The notes under the pieces are model-generated. The model saw only the letters and a program-made list of their open reading frames with translations. It made no database searches and had not been told where the DNA came from. Both the position numbers and the translations under genes were made by a program. Positions 1 through 9,182 of a DNA stretch of 64,000 bases are shown here, piece by piece. This DNA is from Deltaproteobacteria bacterium (GTDB lineage Bacteria; Myxococcota_A; Polyangia; Polyangiales; Houyiibacteriaceae): contig JAXMNT010000007.1 of NCBI GenBank assembly GCA_034670305.1, forward strand, positions 1-64,000, read 5' to 3'. Each line of letters opens with the position of its first letter. Within the stretch, counting starts at the first letter, position 1.

Positions 1-18
1 TCCGCTGGGCATCGCGCT

Positions 19-124
19 CCGATTCGCGCCTCGCCGTCGCGAAACACACGGCGTCCACGACGCGGGCAAGGGCACGGGCAAGGGCAACGGCAAGGGAGCA
101 GGTCGCTTTTCAGCGACCTGCTAG
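19..124 (-). mobile_element. MITE/REP-like element copy (partial), inverted relative to the 4126-4358 copy
   Basis: 52-127 is the reverse complement of 4123-4198 with one mismatch; homology extends to about 19 across a 17-bp insertion. Contains GGCAAG repeats and the hairpin GCAGGTCGCT-TTTC-AGCGACCTGC, and ends in CTAG (121-124). Confidence 0.65.
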
Positions 125-146
125 TGCAGCGCTGCTAAGAACGCGC

Positions 147-767
147 ATGCCCTCCGGCATCCAGGCCCATGCGATCGCGACCGCGCTCGCCGGTGCGATT
201 CCGATCCCCTTGCTGGGTGGCTACGCCCAGCGTCTCACGCGTGGGGCGGCGTTCCGAAGGGTGGCGCGTGCCCATCAGACGCGCCTCGGGGGAGGGGCCC
301 GCGATGTCTTGGCCCGACCCTGGCACGAGCCCGCCGGTCTTTTCCGGCTCGTGCTCCGCCGCATCGCTGCGCCCCTCGCCATGGCGAGCCGGGCCGAAGA
401 AGCGGCGCGGCTGATGGTCGATGCGCGGCTCTTCGAACGGTACCTGGAGATCGCGCCCGACCGAGGGTGGCGGGAGCGCGGTTCGGCGATGTCGCGTTCG
501 GAAGCGGAGCAGGTCCGCCGCGCGCTGGCCGCGTCTCTGCGAGGCAGCACCCGCGATGCGATCAAGGAGATGCCGACCGGGGTCGGGCGGGCGTGGTCGG
601 AACTCAGAACCGACCACGAAGATCGCGATCCCCTCGAGCGGCTGGTCGACGGGCTCTTGGATCTGGCGACCGAGATCCCGGCCAGCGCGCTGGACGCGGC
701 GGGAGAACGTTTCGACCGAGCGCTGGAATCCGGCAGCTCGGGCGACCTCGGTGGGGAGAGGACGTGA
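147..767 (+). CDS. hypothetical protein, translationally coupled to proB
   Basis: 206-aa ORF with plausible composition; its TGA overlaps the proB start (GTGATG at 764-769). Confidence 0.65.
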   Translation: MPSGIQAHAIATALAGAIPIPLLGGYAQRLTRGAAFRRVARAHQTRLGGGARDVLARPWHEPAGLFRLVLRRIAAPLAMASRAEEAARLMVDARLFERYLEIAPDRGWRERGSAMSRSEAEQVRRALAASLRGSTRDAIKEMPTGVGRAWSELRTDHEDRDPLERLVDGLLDLATEIPASALDAAGERFDRALESGSSGDLGGERT

Positions 768-1876
768 TGGACGTACGAACCGGACTGCAATCGGCCCGCC
801 GCGTCGTGGTCAAGGTGGGGTCCCGCGCCCTCCGCGATCCGCAGCGGTTCGTGGCGCTCTCCCGCCAGGTGGCGGCGCTTCTCGACAACGGACGTTCGGT
901 GGTGGTGGTGTCATCGGGTGCGATCGCACTCGGGCGGGACCGGCTCGGGTTCGACAAACGCCCGCGCGACATGGCCAAGCTCCAGGCAGCGGCCGCGGTG
1001 GGGCAGACCGCGCTCCTGCGGTCCTGGGAGGACGCATTCGCGCCGCACGGTCGGGCGGTCGCGCAGATCCTCCTGACCCACGCGGACCTGGTCGACCGCG
1101 ACCGCTACCTCAACGCGCGCCGTGCGCTGGACGCGTTGCTCGAGCTCGGCGCGGTGCCGGTGATCAACGAGAACGACACGGTCGCGGTCGACGAGATCCG
1201 ATTCGGCGACAACGACCAGCTCGCGGCATTGGTCGCGGCGCTGGTGGGCGCGGACTTGCTGGTGCTTCTGACCGATGTGGAAGGGGTGCTCGACTCGGAC
1301 GGTGCGCGCATCTCGCTGGTGCAAGACGTCGCCGAGGTCAGTGGGCACATCGTGCCGTCGCGCGACGACGTCGGCAGCGGCGGCATGGGCTCGAAGCTGG
1401 AATCCGCCCGGCGGGCGGCGCGGCATGGGGTGCCGGTGGTGATCGGCGATGCCTGCGACGATGGCTTGCTGGCGCGCATCGTCGCGGGGGACGATGTCGG
1501 GACCCTGGTGCTGCCCCAGGGCGCACGGCTCGCGAGCCGCAAACACTGGATCGCATTCGCGCTCCGGCCGAAGGGCACGGTCTTCGTGGACGAAGGGGCC
1601 GCGGCCGCGTTGGCTGGCGGCGCGAGCCTGCTGACGGCCGGGATCACCGCGGTCAGCGGCGAGTTCACGGTGGGCGACGCGGTGCGAATTGCCAGCGCAA
1701 ACGGTGAGTTGGCCCGGGGACTGGCCCGATACGACACGCTCGATGTGGCCCGGCTGGCCGGCGCGCCGAAGGGAGAGGTGGAAACGCGGCTCGGGCGGCC
1801 CGGCGGACCGGTCGTCGTGCATCGCGACGATCTCGTGCTCAGCGACGCGCAGTCTGCTAGCCCAGCGGACCGATGA
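767..1876 (+). CDS. proB: glutamate 5-kinase with C-terminal PUA domain
   Basis: Motifs VVVKVGS, VSSGAI, AAAVGQ, PVINENDTV, FGDND, GSGGMGSK; PUA region (VDEGA...SLL..GI). Confidence 0.97.
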   Translation: MDVRTGLQSARRVVVKVGSRALRDPQRFVALSRQVAALLDNGRSVVVVSSGAIALGRDRLGFDKRPRDMAKLQAAAAVGQTALLRSWEDAFAPHGRAVAQILLTHADLVDRDRYLNARRALDALLELGAVPVINENDTVAVDEIRFGDNDQLAALVAALVGADLLVLLTDVEGVLDSDGARISLVQDVAEVSGHIVPSRDDVGSGGMGSKLESARRAARHGVPVVIGDACDDGLLARIVAGDDVGTLVLPQGARLASRKHWIAFALRPKGTVFVDEGAAAALAGGASLLTAGITAVSGEFTVGDAVRIASANGELARGLARYDTLDVARLAGAPKGEVETRLGRPGGPVVVHRDDLVLSDAQSASPADR

Positions 1877-3234
1877 GCCCGATTTCCAAACCCGATGCCC
1901 CCACCGTGGTGTCCCGTCCGTCCGACGCCTCCGCGTTGGCGCCGGGTGGTTTGGGTGGTGTCTCGTTGGAAGGCGAGAGCGAGTCGGGACTCGGGGCGCT
2001 CATCCGAGACCTCGCCACGGCAGCCAAAGCCGCGGGCCAGGTGCTTCGCAGCGCGCCGACCGAAACCAAGAACGCGGTGCTGCGGCGGGTGGCGGACGCG
2101 GTGGAAGCCGACGCGGCGCGCCTGCGAGCGGCGAACGATCGGGATCTCCAAGTCGCAGCGACGATGCACCTGAGCGACGCGATGATCGATCGGCTTCGCC
2201 TGACCGACGCGCGCGTGGCGTCCATGGCGGCGGGCCTGCGCGCCATCGCCGACCTCCCGGATCCGGTGGGCGAAGTCGCAGAGTCCCGGGTGCTCGAGAA
2301 CGGGCTGCGCGTGGAACGCGTCCGGGCGCCGCTCGGACTGATCGGCATCATTTACGAGTCGCGTCCGAACGTGACCGTCGATGCAGCGGCCCTGTGCATC
2401 AAGAGCGGCAACACGGTGCTGCTGCGCGGTGGCAAAGAAGCGTTCGAGAGCAACACGGTGCTCGCCGACCTCATCGGTCAGGCGCTCGAGGCGGAAGGGC
2501 TCCCGCGCGCTTGCGCGATGTTGCTCCCGACCACCGATCGCTCCGCGACCCTGGAGATGATCCGGCTCGCCGGGGTGCTCGACTTGGTGATCCCGCGCGG
2601 CGGCGAGGGGCTCATCCGATTCGTCACCGAGCACGCGCGGGTGCCCGTCGTGCAGCACTACAAGGGCGTCTGCCACATCTTCGTCGACGCCGGCGCGGAC
2701 CTCGAGATGGCGGGCCGCATCGTTCGCAACTCGAAGGTGCAGCGGCCCGGCGTCTGCAACGCGCTCGAGACGCTCCTGGTCGATGCATCGATCGCGGCCG
2801 CCTTTCTGCCCACACTCCCCGAGTTGCTGCCGGAGGTGGAGCTGCGGGTCGACGCGGCCGCGAAGAACCAGCTCCCGTCGTGCGCACTGGCCACCGACGC
2901 CGACTGGGACGCGGAGTACTTGGACCTGGTGCTCGCCGTGCGCGTGGTGGCCGGGCTCGACGAAGCGCTCGCACACGTCGCCGCCCACGGCTCGAACCAC
3001 ACCGAAGCGATCGTCACCGCGGACACGGCACATGCCGAACGCTGGGTGGCCGAAGTGGACGCGAGCCTCGTGCTCGTGAACGCGTCCACCCGCTTCAACG
3101 ATGGCTTTTCACTCGGCCTTGGTGCCGAGATGGGCATCTCCACGACAAAACTTCACGCATACGGGCCCATGGGCCTGCGTGAGCTGTGTACCCTACGGTG
3201 GGTTGCCCATGGGGAAGGACAGATCCGTACGTGA
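1873..3234 (+). CDS. proA: gamma-glutamyl phosphate reductase (glutamate-5-semialdehyde dehydrogenase)
   Basis: GIIYESRPNVT, LRGGKEA, IPRGG, CNALETLLV, NASTRFNDG, GAEMGIST, GPMGL; ATGA overlap with proB. Confidence 0.97.
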   Translation: MSPISKPDAPTVVSRPSDASALAPGGLGGVSLEGESESGLGALIRDLATAAKAAGQVLRSAPTETKNAVLRRVADAVEADAARLRAANDRDLQVAATMHLSDAMIDRLRLTDARVASMAAGLRAIADLPDPVGEVAESRVLENGLRVERVRAPLGLIGIIYESRPNVTVDAAALCIKSGNTVLLRGGKEAFESNTVLADLIGQALEAEGLPRACAMLLPTTDRSATLEMIRLAGVLDLVIPRGGEGLIRFVTEHARVPVVQHYKGVCHIFVDAGADLEMAGRIVRNSKVQRPGVCNALETLLVDASIAAAFLPTLPELLPEVELRVDAAAKNQLPSCALATDADWDAEYLDLVLAVRVVAGLDEALAHVAAHGSNHTEAIVTADTAHAERWVAEVDASLVLVNASTRFNDGFSLGLGAEMGISTTKLHAYGPMGLRELCTLRWVAHGEGQIRT

Positions 3235-3683
3235 GCCGAAAGACATCCAGTGAGGCGCCGCTCGAAGCGGCACAGACCCCGCGCCCAGCGCGCAAGTCCG
3301 AGGAGAAGGCGCGCGAGACCGCCCTCCAGATCGCAGCCGCGGCGCTCGAGAAGAAGGCGCTTCACGTCGAGATTCTCGATGTGCGAGGCAAGGTCGACTA
3401 CACGGACTTCGTGGTCATCATGAGCGGCCGTTCCGACCGTCAGGTGAACGCGATCGCGTCCGGGGTGCGGGACATCATGAAACTCCAGCACGAGGAGATC
3501 TGCAACGGACTCGAGGGTCTGCCGCAGGGTCATTGGGTCCTGATGGACTACGGCGACGTGGTCGTGCACGTGTTCCACCAGGACACCCGCGGCTACTACG
3601 ACCTCGAAGCGCTGTGGATCGACGCGACTCGCGTCGAGTTCGACGACAGCACTGCGGCTGCCGACAGCACCGTCGAAGACTGA
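3231..3683 (+). CDS. rsfS: ribosome silencing factor (Iojap family)
   Basis: EKKA..VEILDV, DFVVIMSGRSDRQV, WVLMDYGDVVVHVF, RGYYDLEALW; GTG start overlaps proA stop. Confidence 0.95.
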   Translation: MSRKTSSEAPLEAAQTPRPARKSEEKARETALQIAAAALEKKALHVEILDVRGKVDYTDFVVIMSGRSDRQVNAIASGVRDIMKLQHEEICNGLEGLPQGHWVLMDYGDVVVHVFHQDTRGYYDLEALWIDATRVEFDDSTAAADSTVED

Positions 3684-3685
3684 GG

Positions 3686-4129
3686 GTGATCCGGGTCCGG
3701 ATCCTCGCGGTCGGCAAGATCAAAGAGCGCGAGGTGCGCGCGCTGCTCGACGACTACTACGGCCGCATCGGCCGCTACGCGAAGTTCGAAGAACGCGAGT
3801 TGCGGGACGGCGACCACGCCGAAGTGGCCGCGCGTTTCGACAAAGCGATCGGAGAACGATCGTACGTGGTGGCGATGGAGGTGGACGGCAAGGCACTCGA
3901 CAGCCCGGGCCTCGCCAAGGTCATCGGGCGCGCCGAAGGCAGCGGTGTACAGAACCTGGTGTTCTTGATCGGCGGAAGCTACGGGCTGCCCCCACTCGTG
4001 CGACAGCGCGCCGACGTGGCGATTTCGCTCAGCCGCATGACGCTCCCGCACCGGCTCGCGCGCCTGTTTCTCGCCGAGCAGGTCTACCGAGGCTTCTCGA
4101 TCCTGCGCAACGAGCCGTATTCGCACTAG
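3686..4129 (+). CDS. rlmH: 23S rRNA pseudouridine(1915)-N3 methyltransferase (SPOUT)
   Basis: ILAVGK, FLIGGSYG, SLSRMTLPH, EQVYR..SILRNEPYSH; follows rsfS as is typical. Confidence 0.95.
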   Translation: MIRVRILAVGKIKEREVRALLDDYYGRIGRYAKFEERELRDGDHAEVAARFDKAIGERSYVVAMEVDGKALDSPGLAKVIGRAEGSGVQNLVFLIGGSYGLPPLVRQRADVAISLSRMTLPHRLARLFLAEQVYRGFSILRNEPYSH

Positions 4130-4358
4130 CAGATCGCTGAAAAGCGACCTGCTCCCTTGCCGTTGCCCTTGCCCGTGCCCTTGCCCGCGTCGTGGACGGC
4201 GAGGCCGCGAATCGGTCGGCCTCGAGCAGGTCGTCGCGATGCTCGTCGCGCTGATCAAGCGATCTGAACGCTGATCCGCGGGCAAGGGCAAAGGCAAGGG
4301 CAGGGGCAAGGCGCAGGCTGCGAGAACGCCCTGCGGGCGGTCCTCAGCAGCCTGCTAG
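4126..4358. mobile_element. about 230-bp MITE-like element bounded by CTAG with imperfect terminal inverted repeats
   Basis: Left end CTAGCAGATCGCTGA, right end TCAGCAGCCTGCTAG (12/15 inverted match); internal (CCCTTG)n and (GGCAAG)n arms face each other; no coding capacity. Confidence 0.6.
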
Positions 4359-4521
4359 CCTGTGCAGATGTGCCCGGGTGCGTGCACCCCGGCGACTGGA
4401 TGTTGGTCGCATCGGGGGCCTGGGCTGAGCCGAAACACTGCGAATTCATGCCGCAATCGGCCGTTCACCACCCCTGTGGCCAGGAACTGCACAGGCACGG
4501 TTCTTGAGTAGTTGGGGTCCG

Positions 4522-6192
4522 ATGGGTTCCGAATCAGAAGTGGGTTCTACGAGCGTTCGAGCGCTGCGAGCGCTGCTGTGCGCGCTCTTGTGTGGCTCCG
4601 TGGTCGGGTGCACTGGCCGAATCGCCGAACCCGATCCCATGGAGGAGCCGCCCGATCGCGACGTCGAGCTCCCACCCTTCGCGCCTGCCGCGGCGAACCT
4701 GCCGCGTCTCACGGCGAGCCAGTACCGCCGGACCGTGGCCTCGGTGTTCGGCGAGCCCTTGCCTTTCGTGGAGCTCGAAGCGGACACGAACCCGCACTTG
4801 TTCTACTCGGTCGGCGCCACCCGCACGACCATCTCCGAACGCGGGGTCGACCTCTACGAACAGGCCGCGACCGAGACCGTGCGCGCGGTGTTCGCAGACG
4901 TGGCCCGCAGAGATGCCCTCATCGGGTGTTCGGTCACCGCCGACGGATGTGTGCGCGATGCGATCGAGCGGGTGGGGCGCCGGCTCTTCCGACGGCCGCT
5001 GACCACAGAAGAAGTGGAACGCTGGGTCGGCGTGAGCGCGATCGGAACCGACCCGAACCGCGGCCTCGAGTACGCGCTCAGCGGCATGCTTCAGGCTCCT
5101 TCGTTCCTCTACCGCGCGGAACTCGGCGCGCCCGATCCGGACGCACCCGAACTTCGCCGCCTCGACGGCTACGAAGTGGCCGCGCGTCTCTCGTTTCTCT
5201 TTCTCGATCAGGGACCGGACGACACACTCTTGGACCTCGCCGCCGCCGGGGCCTTCGACGACGAAACGGGGATCGACGAAGCTGCGCGCCGCCTGCTGGA
5301 CGACCCGCGCGCGGAGCGCACCGTCGGTGCGTTCTTCACCCAGTACCTCGACCTCGGCCGCCTCGAAGGACTCGAGCGCGACGCGGCGGTGTACCCCACC
5401 TGGACCGAGACGCTTGCGCCCGCGATGCGCACCGAGATCGAACTGCTCGTGCACGACCTGGTCTTTCGCCGCGAAGCGGATGTACGGGAGCTCTTCTTCA
5501 CGCGCCGCACGTTCGTGAACGACGAGCTCGCGCGCTTCTACGGCGTGGCGGCTCCGGGTGCGGGACCGATCGCGTTCGTGCCGGTGGAGCTGCCGGCGGA
5601 GGGTCCGAGGGCGGGACTGCTCTCGCTCGCGGGGCCCTTGGCGATGAACGCGCACGCGAGCGAGACCTCGCCGACGCTGCGGGGCAAGTACGTGCGCGAG
5701 CGGGTGCTGTGCGAGAGCGTGCCGGCGCCGCCCGACGACGTCGACCTGGTGATCCCCGAGCCGGCCGAGGGAGACCCGCCCGCCACCTTGCGCGAGCGGC
5801 TCGAGCAACACCGCGCCGACGCGCGCTGCGCCGCGTGTCATGCGTACATCGATCCGCCCGGGATGCTCTTCCAACACTTCGACTCCATCGGCGCGTATCG
5901 GGAGACCGAGAACGGTTTGGAGATCGACGCGACGGGCGACCTCGACGGGACCTTCTTGGCGGACGCACGCGACCTCGCCGAAGCGCTCCGCACCGACGAA
6001 CGGGTCCCGCGCTGCATCGTGCGGCAACTGTACCGGCACGCGACGGGCCGGCTCGAGCAGCCGAGCGAGGCGAGGCCGCTGGCCGCACTCGAAGATGCGT
6101 TCGCGGCAAGCGGCTACCGGTTCACGGAGTTGATGATCGAACTGGCGCGTTCCGAAGTGTTCCGCGTCACCACGCTGGAGGGCGAAGAATGA
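4522..6192 (+). CDS. DUF1592/DUF1588-family lipoprotein with c-type heme motif (start uncertain)
   Basis: Lipobox-like LLCGSVVGC; RLT..QY, LFRRPLT, LQAPSFLYR, ARLSFL, TSPTLRGK, CAACH, FDSIGAYR motifs typical of this family. Confidence 0.85.
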   Translation: MGSESEVGSTSVRALRALLCALLCGSVVGCTGRIAEPDPMEEPPDRDVELPPFAPAAANLPRLTASQYRRTVASVFGEPLPFVELEADTNPHLFYSVGATRTTISERGVDLYEQAATETVRAVFADVARRDALIGCSVTADGCVRDAIERVGRRLFRRPLTTEEVERWVGVSAIGTDPNRGLEYALSGMLQAPSFLYRAELGAPDPDAPELRRLDGYEVAARLSFLFLDQGPDDTLLDLAAAGAFDDETGIDEAARRLLDDPRAERTVGAFFTQYLDLGRLEGLERDAAVYPTWTETLAPAMRTEIELLVHDLVFRREADVRELFFTRRTFVNDELARFYGVAAPGAGPIAFVPVELPAEGPRAGLLSLAGPLAMNAHASETSPTLRGKYVRERVLCESVPAPPDDVDLVIPEPAEGDPPATLRERLEQHRADARCAACHAYIDPPGMLFQHFDSIGAYRETENGLEIDATGDLDGTFLADARDLAEALRTDERVPRCIVRQLYRHATGRLEQPSEARPLAALEDAFAASGYRFTELMIELARSEVFRVTTLEGEE

Positions 6193-7535
6193 AGAAGCTC
6201 TCGAGGCGCACGTTGTTGCGGGGCGTGGCCGGCGGCGCGGCGGTGTCGCTCGCGCTGCCGCCGCTGGAAGCGATGTTCGGATCGAGTTCGGCCGCGGCGT
6301 CGGAGCTCGGACCGATCTTCGGTTTGTTCTTCTGGGCCAACGGCGTGCCATGGCACGGCGGACACGGCGGCGAACAGGCTGGTCATCCGGACGTGTGGAC
6401 GCCCGGCAGCACCGGCACCGACTTCGCCCCATCCGAGATGTTGATGGAGCTCGCCCGCCACCGCGTCACGGTTGTCACCGGTACCGAGCCGAAGACCGAG
6501 ATTCCCTCGAGTCCGCCTGGCCAGAGCGACGGACACATGCGCGGCTTCATGGTCGGGCTCACCGGAGATCGCATCCGTCCCGAAGGGTTCGTCCACCCCG
6601 ACCACATCCTCACCGCGCTCCGGCCGACGCTCGACCACTTGATCGCCAACCACCCGGACTTCTACGACGTCGCGCCGAGGTTCCGGCACCTGGCGCTCGG
6701 CATCAGCGAAGCGCGCTTTCACGACTACGGCCACTGGAACGCGATCTCGTACCGTGGTCCCGATGCGATCAACCTGCCGATCCTTCGGCCGAGCCAGTTG
6801 CACGACCAGCTCTTCGATGTGCCGGCGGACCTGGTGGAGCGAAGCCGGCGCGCCGCGATCCTCGACGCGGTGATGGACGACGCGCGGGCGCTCAAGGCCC
6901 GGCTCGGTACGCGCGACCGCGAGCGGGTGGACGCCCACCTCGAAGGAGTGTTCGAGATTCAGCGCCGCTTGGACGGCGGCGCGGTGTACCTCGGCGATCC
7001 CCCGCCGCGACCGGCCGACTCCGGCGACCTGATGCAGCGTTCCAACGACATGGCGGATCTCTTGGTGCTCGCGCTCCAGACCGGCATGACCCGCTGCTTC
7101 TCGTACATGTTCACGTCGCCGGCGACGACCCACATCTTCTCGAACCTGGGTGTGCCCGACGGCATGCACAAGACAGTGCACGACGGGCACTGGGAGCGGA
7201 CGCGGGCCATCACCGCGTACCACATGGATGCGTACGCGCGGTTTCTCGACAAGCTCGCCGCCACCCTCGATCCCACCGGCACCTCGCTTTTGGATCGGGC
7301 GCTCGTGTACGGCACGAGCGAGTACGGCGAGGGGTACAAACACTCGACCCGAGAGATGCCGGTGGTGCTCGCGGGCGGCGCGTGCGGCGGACTCGCGCGG
7401 GGCGTGCACGTGCGCGACCCCGGCGGCAACATCTCGCGGGTCCAACTCACGATGCTGCAAGCGCTCGGGCTGCCGTACGACTCGTTCGGGTTCAACGGCG
7501 GTCAGACGAGCGACCCGTACTCCGAACTGCTCTGA
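6189..7535 (+). CDS. DUF1552-family Tat-exported protein
   Basis: MKKLSRRTLLRG Tat signal, LALPPLEAM, FFWANG, LG..DRERVDAHL, H...MPVVLAGG; ATGA overlap with the DUF1592 gene (usual partner). Confidence 0.85.
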   Translation: MKKLSRRTLLRGVAGGAAVSLALPPLEAMFGSSSAAASELGPIFGLFFWANGVPWHGGHGGEQAGHPDVWTPGSTGTDFAPSEMLMELARHRVTVVTGTEPKTEIPSSPPGQSDGHMRGFMVGLTGDRIRPEGFVHPDHILTALRPTLDHLIANHPDFYDVAPRFRHLALGISEARFHDYGHWNAISYRGPDAINLPILRPSQLHDQLFDVPADLVERSRRAAILDAVMDDARALKARLGTRDRERVDAHLEGVFEIQRRLDGGAVYLGDPPPRPADSGDLMQRSNDMADLLVLALQTGMTRCFSYMFTSPATTHIFSNLGVPDGMHKTVHDGHWERTRAITAYHMDAYARFLDKLAATLDPTGTSLLDRALVYGTSEYGEGYKHSTREMPVVLAGGACGGLARGVHVRDPGGNISRVQLTMLQALGLPYDSFGFNGGQTSDPYSELL

Positions 7536-7597
7536 GCGAACTCGTCTGAGCACGGCTCGGAGCGCAACTTCATGTCGGCGCCGCCGACAACGGCGGC

Positions 7598-8209
7598 ATG
7601 CTGTCTGCACTGGCCGAAGGGTTGCTCGATCTCGTGGCACCGCGTCGCTGTCCTGGATGCGACCTGCGCCACGACTGGGGCGGCCGGGGGTTCTGTGAAG
7701 CGTGCCGGCCCCTGCTCGAACCCTTGATGGGACCGGCCGCGTACGCGTACGGGGGGCCGCTCGCCGAAGGCGTCCGGCGGCTCAAGTACCAAGGACGCAC
7801 GGACCTGGTGGAGCCCTTGTCGGCGCTGCTGGTGGAACGCGCGGTACACCATCGAGGCAAGGTGGACGTGGTCGTCGCAATCCCTCTGCACCGCGAACGC
7901 CTCAAGACGCGCGGGTTCGATCAGGCGGCGCTGCTCGCGGCGCCGGTCGCACGGGCCCTTGGGGTGCCGCTCGCTCGGCAGCGTCTCTTGCGGGTGCGGC
8001 ACACCGCGACCCAGGCCGGGCTGAAAGAAGCCGGACGGGCGGACAACGTTCGGGGTGCGTTCGTCGCGCGCCGCGATTCCAATGCGCGCCGGATCTTGCT
8101 CGTCGACGACGTGCGCACGACCGGCGCCACGATGCAGAGCGCGGCGGGGGCGCTGCACCGCGCGGGGGCGAGCGAGGTGCGGCTGTTGGCACTCGCGGGC
8201 GTGGTGTAG
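7598..8209 (+). CDS. comF: ComF-family protein (zinc ribbon + phosphoribosyltransferase domain)
   Basis: CPGC...CEAC, LKY, IPLH..R...[19 protein letters not shown]. Confidence 0.88.
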   Translation: MLSALAEGLLDLVAPRRCPGCDLRHDWGGRGFCEACRPLLEPLMGPAAYAYGGPLAEGVRRLKYQGRTDLVEPLSALLVERAVHHRGKVDVVVAIPLHRERLKTRGFDQAALLAAPVARALGVPLARQRLLRVRHTATQAGLKEAGRADNVRGAFVARRDSNARRILLVDDVRTTGATMQSAAGALHRAGASEVRLLALAGVV

Positions 8210-8230
8210 CGGGCGGCCGAATCTGATCGC

Positions 8231-8441
8231 GAAGCCGATCCCCGAATCGCCGATTCCGACTCCGAAGCCGATTCCGATTCCGAAGGCGACTCCGAAGCCG
8301 AAGCCGATTCCGAAGCCGAAGCCGATTCCGAAGCCGATTCCGAAGCCGATTCCGAAGCCGATTCCGAAGCCGATTCCGAAGCCGATTCCGAAGCCGATTC
8401 CGAAGCCGATGCCGATTCCGAAGCCGATTCCGAAGCCGATT
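8231..8441. repeat. intergenic tandem array of GAAGCCGATTCC (CCGAAG/CCGATT hexamers)
   Basis: Directly visible degenerate 12-bp/6-bp array between the convergent comF and 8451-8933 genes. Confidence 0.92.
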
Positions 8442-8450
8442 GCCGAGCTT

Positions 8451-8933
8451 TCAGTGGCGGGGTGGGGCTTCGGGGTGCTCGGTGACGGGGAGGATGGGGG
8501 CCCAGGTGAGGTCGCGGAGGAGGTCGTCGCCGATGCGTTGGCCGCGGTCGGAGAAGTAGAGCGCGTTGTCTTCCATGGTCGCGCGGCGCTCGGCGATGAA
8601 CAGGATGCCGGTGCCCTGGCGGTCGTAGCCGAGCTGGACGATCGCGTTCTGGAGCCACCGCCCGCCGCTCTCGAAGTTGAGCGTGCGCGGCAGCGTGTAG
8701 AAGCCTTCGGCCGGCAGAGACTCCAGGCTCGGTGCCCAGCTGTCGCCGTCGGCGAGCGGGGTCATCGACGCGTCGTCGCGCCAGAACCAGCGGTTGGCCT
8801 CGTTGTAGTGGGGCACGACGACGAAGGTGCCGGTCTTGCCCGTGCCGACGAAGACCAAGATCCCAGCGGTGATTCGATCGTTCAGGGGATGCGCGACGGT
8901 GGTGCGGTACAACCCGCTCTTGGGTAGAGCCAT
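8451..8933 (-). CDS. hypothetical protein (160 aa)
   Basis: Protein-like composition from MALPKSG; no family recognised. Confidence 0.7.
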   Translation of the reverse strand: MALPKSGLYRTTVAHPLNDRITAGILVFVGTGKTGTFVVVPHYNEANRWFWRDDASMTPLADGDSWAPSLESLPAEGFYTLPRTLNFESGGRWLQNAIVQLGYDRQGTGILFIAERRATMEDNALYFSDRGQRIGDDLLRDLTWAPILPVTEHPEAPPRH

Positions 8934-9020
8934 GAGGTGGCCATGACACGAGTCGCGGCGGGTTTCCATGCGGCCGGCCGGTTGTCCGGCCGGGCGGTGC
9001 GAAGTGCAGTGTGGTCGGTC

Positions 9021-9163
9021 CGAGGCGCAGTGTCGGCTCGAGGCGCAGTGTCGGCTCGAGGCGCAGTGTCGGCTCGAGGCGCAGTGTCAGCTCGAGGCGC
9101 AGGTTCAGCTCGAGGCGCAGTGCCGGCTCGAGCTGCAGTGTCAGCTCGAGGCGCAGTGTCGGC
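9021..9163. repeat. 8 x 18-bp tandem repeat (CGAGGCGCAGTGTCGGCT consensus)
   Basis: Units start at 9021, 9039, 9057, 9075, 9093, 9111, 9129 and 9147. Confidence 0.92.
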
Positions 9164-9182
9164 GGCGGCGGCTTTGCGATGT

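Noticed and set aside
4512..6188. N-terminal half of the 1,007-aa ORF suggesting a DUF1592-DUF1552 fusion or frameshift
   Set aside because: It is an off-frame overlap; the real DUF1552 gene starts at 6189 with its own Tat signal.
7522..7570. Weak 14-15-bp periodicity (CGAACT...CTGAG) after the DUF1552 stop
   Set aside because: Only two or three degenerate units; not distinguishable from chance.
8055..8927. ORFs with (PKPI)n or (ESAS)n repeats
   Set aside because: They are read-throughs of the intergenic minisatellite and overlap comF and the 8451-8933 gene.
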